Both the position numbers and the translations under genes were made by a program. Under the pieces are notes generated by a model. The model did not search any database and had not been told where the DNA came from. It worked only from the letters and a program-made list of their open reading frames with translations. 64,000 nt of DNA from Dictyostelium discoideum (taxonomy: Eukaryota): contig CM000154.2 of the NCBI GenBank assembly GCA_000004695.1, positions 4,160,001-4,224,000 of the forward strand, read 5' to 3'. This document shows, piece after piece, positions 57,414 through 64,000 of the stretch; positions within the stretch are counted from its first letter, which is position 1; each line of letters begins with the position of its first letter.

Positions 57414-57530
57414 TTGGGGTTGGACACCCCCCCAAAAAAAAAAAAAAAAAAAAAAAGAAAAAAAAAGTCCTTTCCCCCCAATTTTTCAATTTTAATCTAA
57501 AAATGAAAACAGTGATGTTTTTATTTTTTT
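57414..57530. promoter_or_regulatory. G-rich/C-rich islands (GGGGTTGGACACCCCCCC … TCCTTTCCCCCC … GGGATATCCCACTG) in the otherwise more than 85% AT promoter region, 300-400 bp upstream of the B-box/FNIP gene start (57137, minus strand)
   Basis: Direct reading shows these to be the only G/C clusters in 57138..57897. A similar GGGGGGG block lies at 19594..19602, about 190 bp upstream of the giant gene's ATG. Confidence 0.3.
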
Positions 57531-57897
57531 CATGGGATTTAAATCTTCATACCAATTGGGATATCCCACTGTTAAAAAAAAAAAAAAAAAAAAAAAAATA
57601 TTGTGAATAATCAAAAATAAAAAATAAAAAAAAATAAAACAAAAAAATTTTTTCTATGAACTTTTTTTTTTTTAATAATGGTAGAAAATCATTTATTTTT
57701 AGAAAAAAAAAATCTAGTGAATATTATTATTATTTTTTTTTTTTTTTCAAATATCACAAGAGATAACCAGATTACTATGGTGAAACTTTTTTTTTTTTTA
57801 AAAAAAAATTAAAAACAAAAGATTAAAATAAAAGGAGTTATTTTATGAATACATGAAGAATTTAATATTTTTTTAATTTATTTTTAATTTTTTAATT

Positions 57898-59816
57898 TTA
57901 ATTTTTCATATTTGGGAAATAATTTTGACTTTTCATATAACCAATTAATTGTTCAGGTATTTCACAAAGTGTTTCAGCAGCTAATTGTTCAGGATCATTT
58001 TCATATTTTTTGAATGGTACGAATTGAACAATGTCACGAGTAGCAATAACACCATTTTTATCAGATAATTGATTTTCATCACCATCTAATTTTTTCATAA
58101 GTTCAAAAGAAGCAATACCAACACCAACGATAACGATTGATAATGGAGCTTTGGAGGATGCTTTTACAATTTCTTCAATGGTTTCTTCCATATCTGTGAT
58201 TTCACCATCTGTAAGTATTAATAGAATTGTATATTTTTGATTTTTAGAATCAACACCTTTAATTGACTTTTTATGAGCATGTTTAATAATCTCTTGAAAG
58301 TTAGTTGGATAACTTAATTTAATAGTTGGTATAACTTTATTATAGGTTGATAAAACTTCTTCAATACCGCGAGCTTCAGCTTTTGGACCGAATTGGAAAC
58401 AGTGGCTTGTTACACCACCGAATCTTTCAGCACCGAAACCCAATAATTCAATTTTACCATCGGAATCATATGGGGCTAAAACATTACCCACTGCCAAGAT
58501 AGATCTTGCATACTCACTTTCATGAGTTGGTGTATTGTAATGTAAAGATGTACGATCACTTGGCATACCATTTGAAGCTGTACAATCAATTGCAATCATT
58601 AAATTAATTTCACAACCACCCGATAAATAATCAATAAAAGTTGGTTGTGCAATTAATCTTGCATCTGTGAATACAATTTTACCACTATTTTTATAACTTG
58701 ATTTTGATAGCTTCTTTGGATTGATTAATGTGAATTCCCTAACTTGTCCTTTTAATATCTCATCAGTTGTAGTTTTAAATGAACCAATGAAATCATTATC
58801 ACCAATTGTATCATAATCCCAAAATTCAAATGTTAATTCTCTAAACATATCTCCACCATTAAACTCTTCCAATTTAAATATGATTGGATTATAAATTGGA
58901 TTAATATTACTCTTTATAACTGGACTTTGATAAACTAATAAATTACCATTAGCTGATGATTTAAAAATTTTAAAAAATGGATCACTTGAAAATAAATCCT
59001 TTTTATCTAATTTACTACCTTGAAGTTTTAAAATTATATTTTGACCAGTTTCTTGAATTTCTTCTGCAATAATTTCAATTGTACCTGTTTGTTTACCATT
59101 ACATTTAATTTCACCAATTACTTTTTTACCTGGTTTTGAGATTATATTACCTAATGTTATTGACTAAAATTTAATTTTATTATTAATTTTATTAATTTTA
59201 TTTATTATTATTATTATTATTGAAATTTAATAGATTATTAATACATACAAAGTCACCAATAGTATCATTTTTACCACCACCATCTATATCTAAAACTTCA
59301 AATTTTAAATTTTGAATTCTTTCAAAATGGTAATCAATTGTAACAGTTTTTTTAAAAACTGGATTTAAATTATTACTAATCATTTCTGTTGAACCAATAA
59401 GAATTGGTTTTGAATTATTATTATTATTATTATTACCTTTTTTTTCATAAACAAAGATTTGTGGATCTGATTTTGAAAAGGTATCTATATTTTTTTTATA
59501 TTTTAATTAATTAATATATATTTAAACATTATTATTATTATTTTTTTATTTTTTTTTAAAAAAAAAGAAACACTATACCCATATCTTTTAAATTCATGCA
59601 TTTAAATCTTAATTCAACTTTTGTACACTTTGAAAGGTTTATACCTTGATTTGAAGGATTAGACATTTGATTTGAAGGATCAATAGTTACTTTTGAAAGA
59701 TTGATAGTTGCATTTGAAACATTTACTGTATCATCAACTTTTGAAAGATTTATTGTTGCACTTGAAAAATTAGAATCTCCTTCTTTTGAAAGGTTAACAA
59801 TTGATGAATCACTCAT
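57898..59816 (-). CDS. Copine (two C2 domains plus a vWA-like copine domain). Model: exon1 59579..59816, intron 59485..59578 (GTATAG…ATATAG), exon2 59249..59484, intron 59164..59248 (GTATGT…TTTTAG), exon3 57898..59163 (about 579 aa)
   Basis: ORF 57898..58872(-) is the copine vWA-like domain (…LMIAIDCTASNG…ILLILTDGEITD…). Its frame is open upstream to the TTTTAG acceptor at 59165/59164, covering the C2B region (GSKLDKKDLFSSDPFFKIF). ORF 59198..59383(-) is the C2A core (…KSDPQIFVYEK…IDGGGKNDTIGDF) and ends at GTATGT. ORF 59556..59816(-) supplies the start (MSDSS… with four NLSK repeats) and the first C2A strand CTKVELRFKCMNLKDM. Both junctions are phase-matched (…NLKDM-D-TFSKSDPQ…; …TIGDF|SITLGNIISK…). 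Confidence 0.8.
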
Positions 59817-59895
59817 TATATTGATGTGTGATGTGTGTGTGATGTGTGTTTTATAACAATAATGATAATAAAAATAATGGGTCCATCATGTCAAA

Positions 59896-59931
<36 letters not shown>

Positions 59932-60162
59932 ATTTTTAAAAAAAAAAAAAAAAATAAAATAAAAAAAAATAAAAATTAGATATTTTCAACCAACTGTTTT
60001 TCCAAAAAAAACAAAAAAAAGACTTTTTGTAACCCACTTGCACCAAAAATAAAAATAAAAATAAAATAAAAATAAAAAATCAATGAAATGATTATTATAA
60101 TGATCGCAACAAAACAAAATATATGCCATTTGTTTTTGATACTTTAATTTTTTTTTTTATTC

Positions 60163-64000
<3,838 letters not shown>

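Overview
This window is AT-rich (roughly 75-80% A+T) social-amoeba-type nuclear DNA, most consistent with Dictyostelium discoideum or a close relative. The basis is compositional and structural: poly-Asn and poly-Gln coding microsatellites, short AT-rich introns with GTAAGT...AG boundaries, a cluster of FNIP-repeat genes, and poly(A)/poly(T) tracts immediately upstream of start codons. It is a dense protein-coding region of about 18 genes, with no rRNA, no intact tRNA, no CRISPR array and no recognisable transposon ORF. The genes, left to right, are as follows.
- A PH-domain plus long coiled-coil protein on the minus strand, whose 3' end lies off the window. It has a 13-codon first exon.
- Two tandemly duplicated genes on the minus strand, each encoding a B-box zinc finger followed by FNIP repeats, plus a truncated third FNIP copy that is a pseudogene fragment.
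- An SPX-EXS (XPR1/PHO1/SYG1-type) gene whose first intron appears to be a GC-AG intron.
- A coiled-coil protein gene and two Asn-rich hypothetical genes.
- A giant ORF of at least 5,240 codons carrying several dynein/midasin/RNF213-like AAA+ P-loop modules. It very likely has an upstream exon and two further downstream exons, giving a product of about 5,800 aa.
- A PsA-like secreted protein, probably GPI-anchored, with (Ser-Pro) and Thr/Pro-rich repeats.
- The splicing factor RBM22 and a multi-pass membrane protein.
- A Ser/Thr-rich protein gene.
- The Fe-S ABC ATPase ABCE1 (RLI).
- Two more FNIP genes, one fused to a B-box and one with a hidden 5' exon.
- A three-exon copine gene.
- The 3' portion of a SAC-domain phosphoinositide phosphatase gene that runs off the right edge.
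Several ORF-track entries are exons of spliced genes. A 2.8-kb gene-poor interval (37.5-40.3 kb) holds a duplicated ~250-bp segment with a GATC-centred palindrome, a strong hairpin, a (TATTAC)n microsatellite, and an array of six spaced copies of a 17-bp GATA-like motif.
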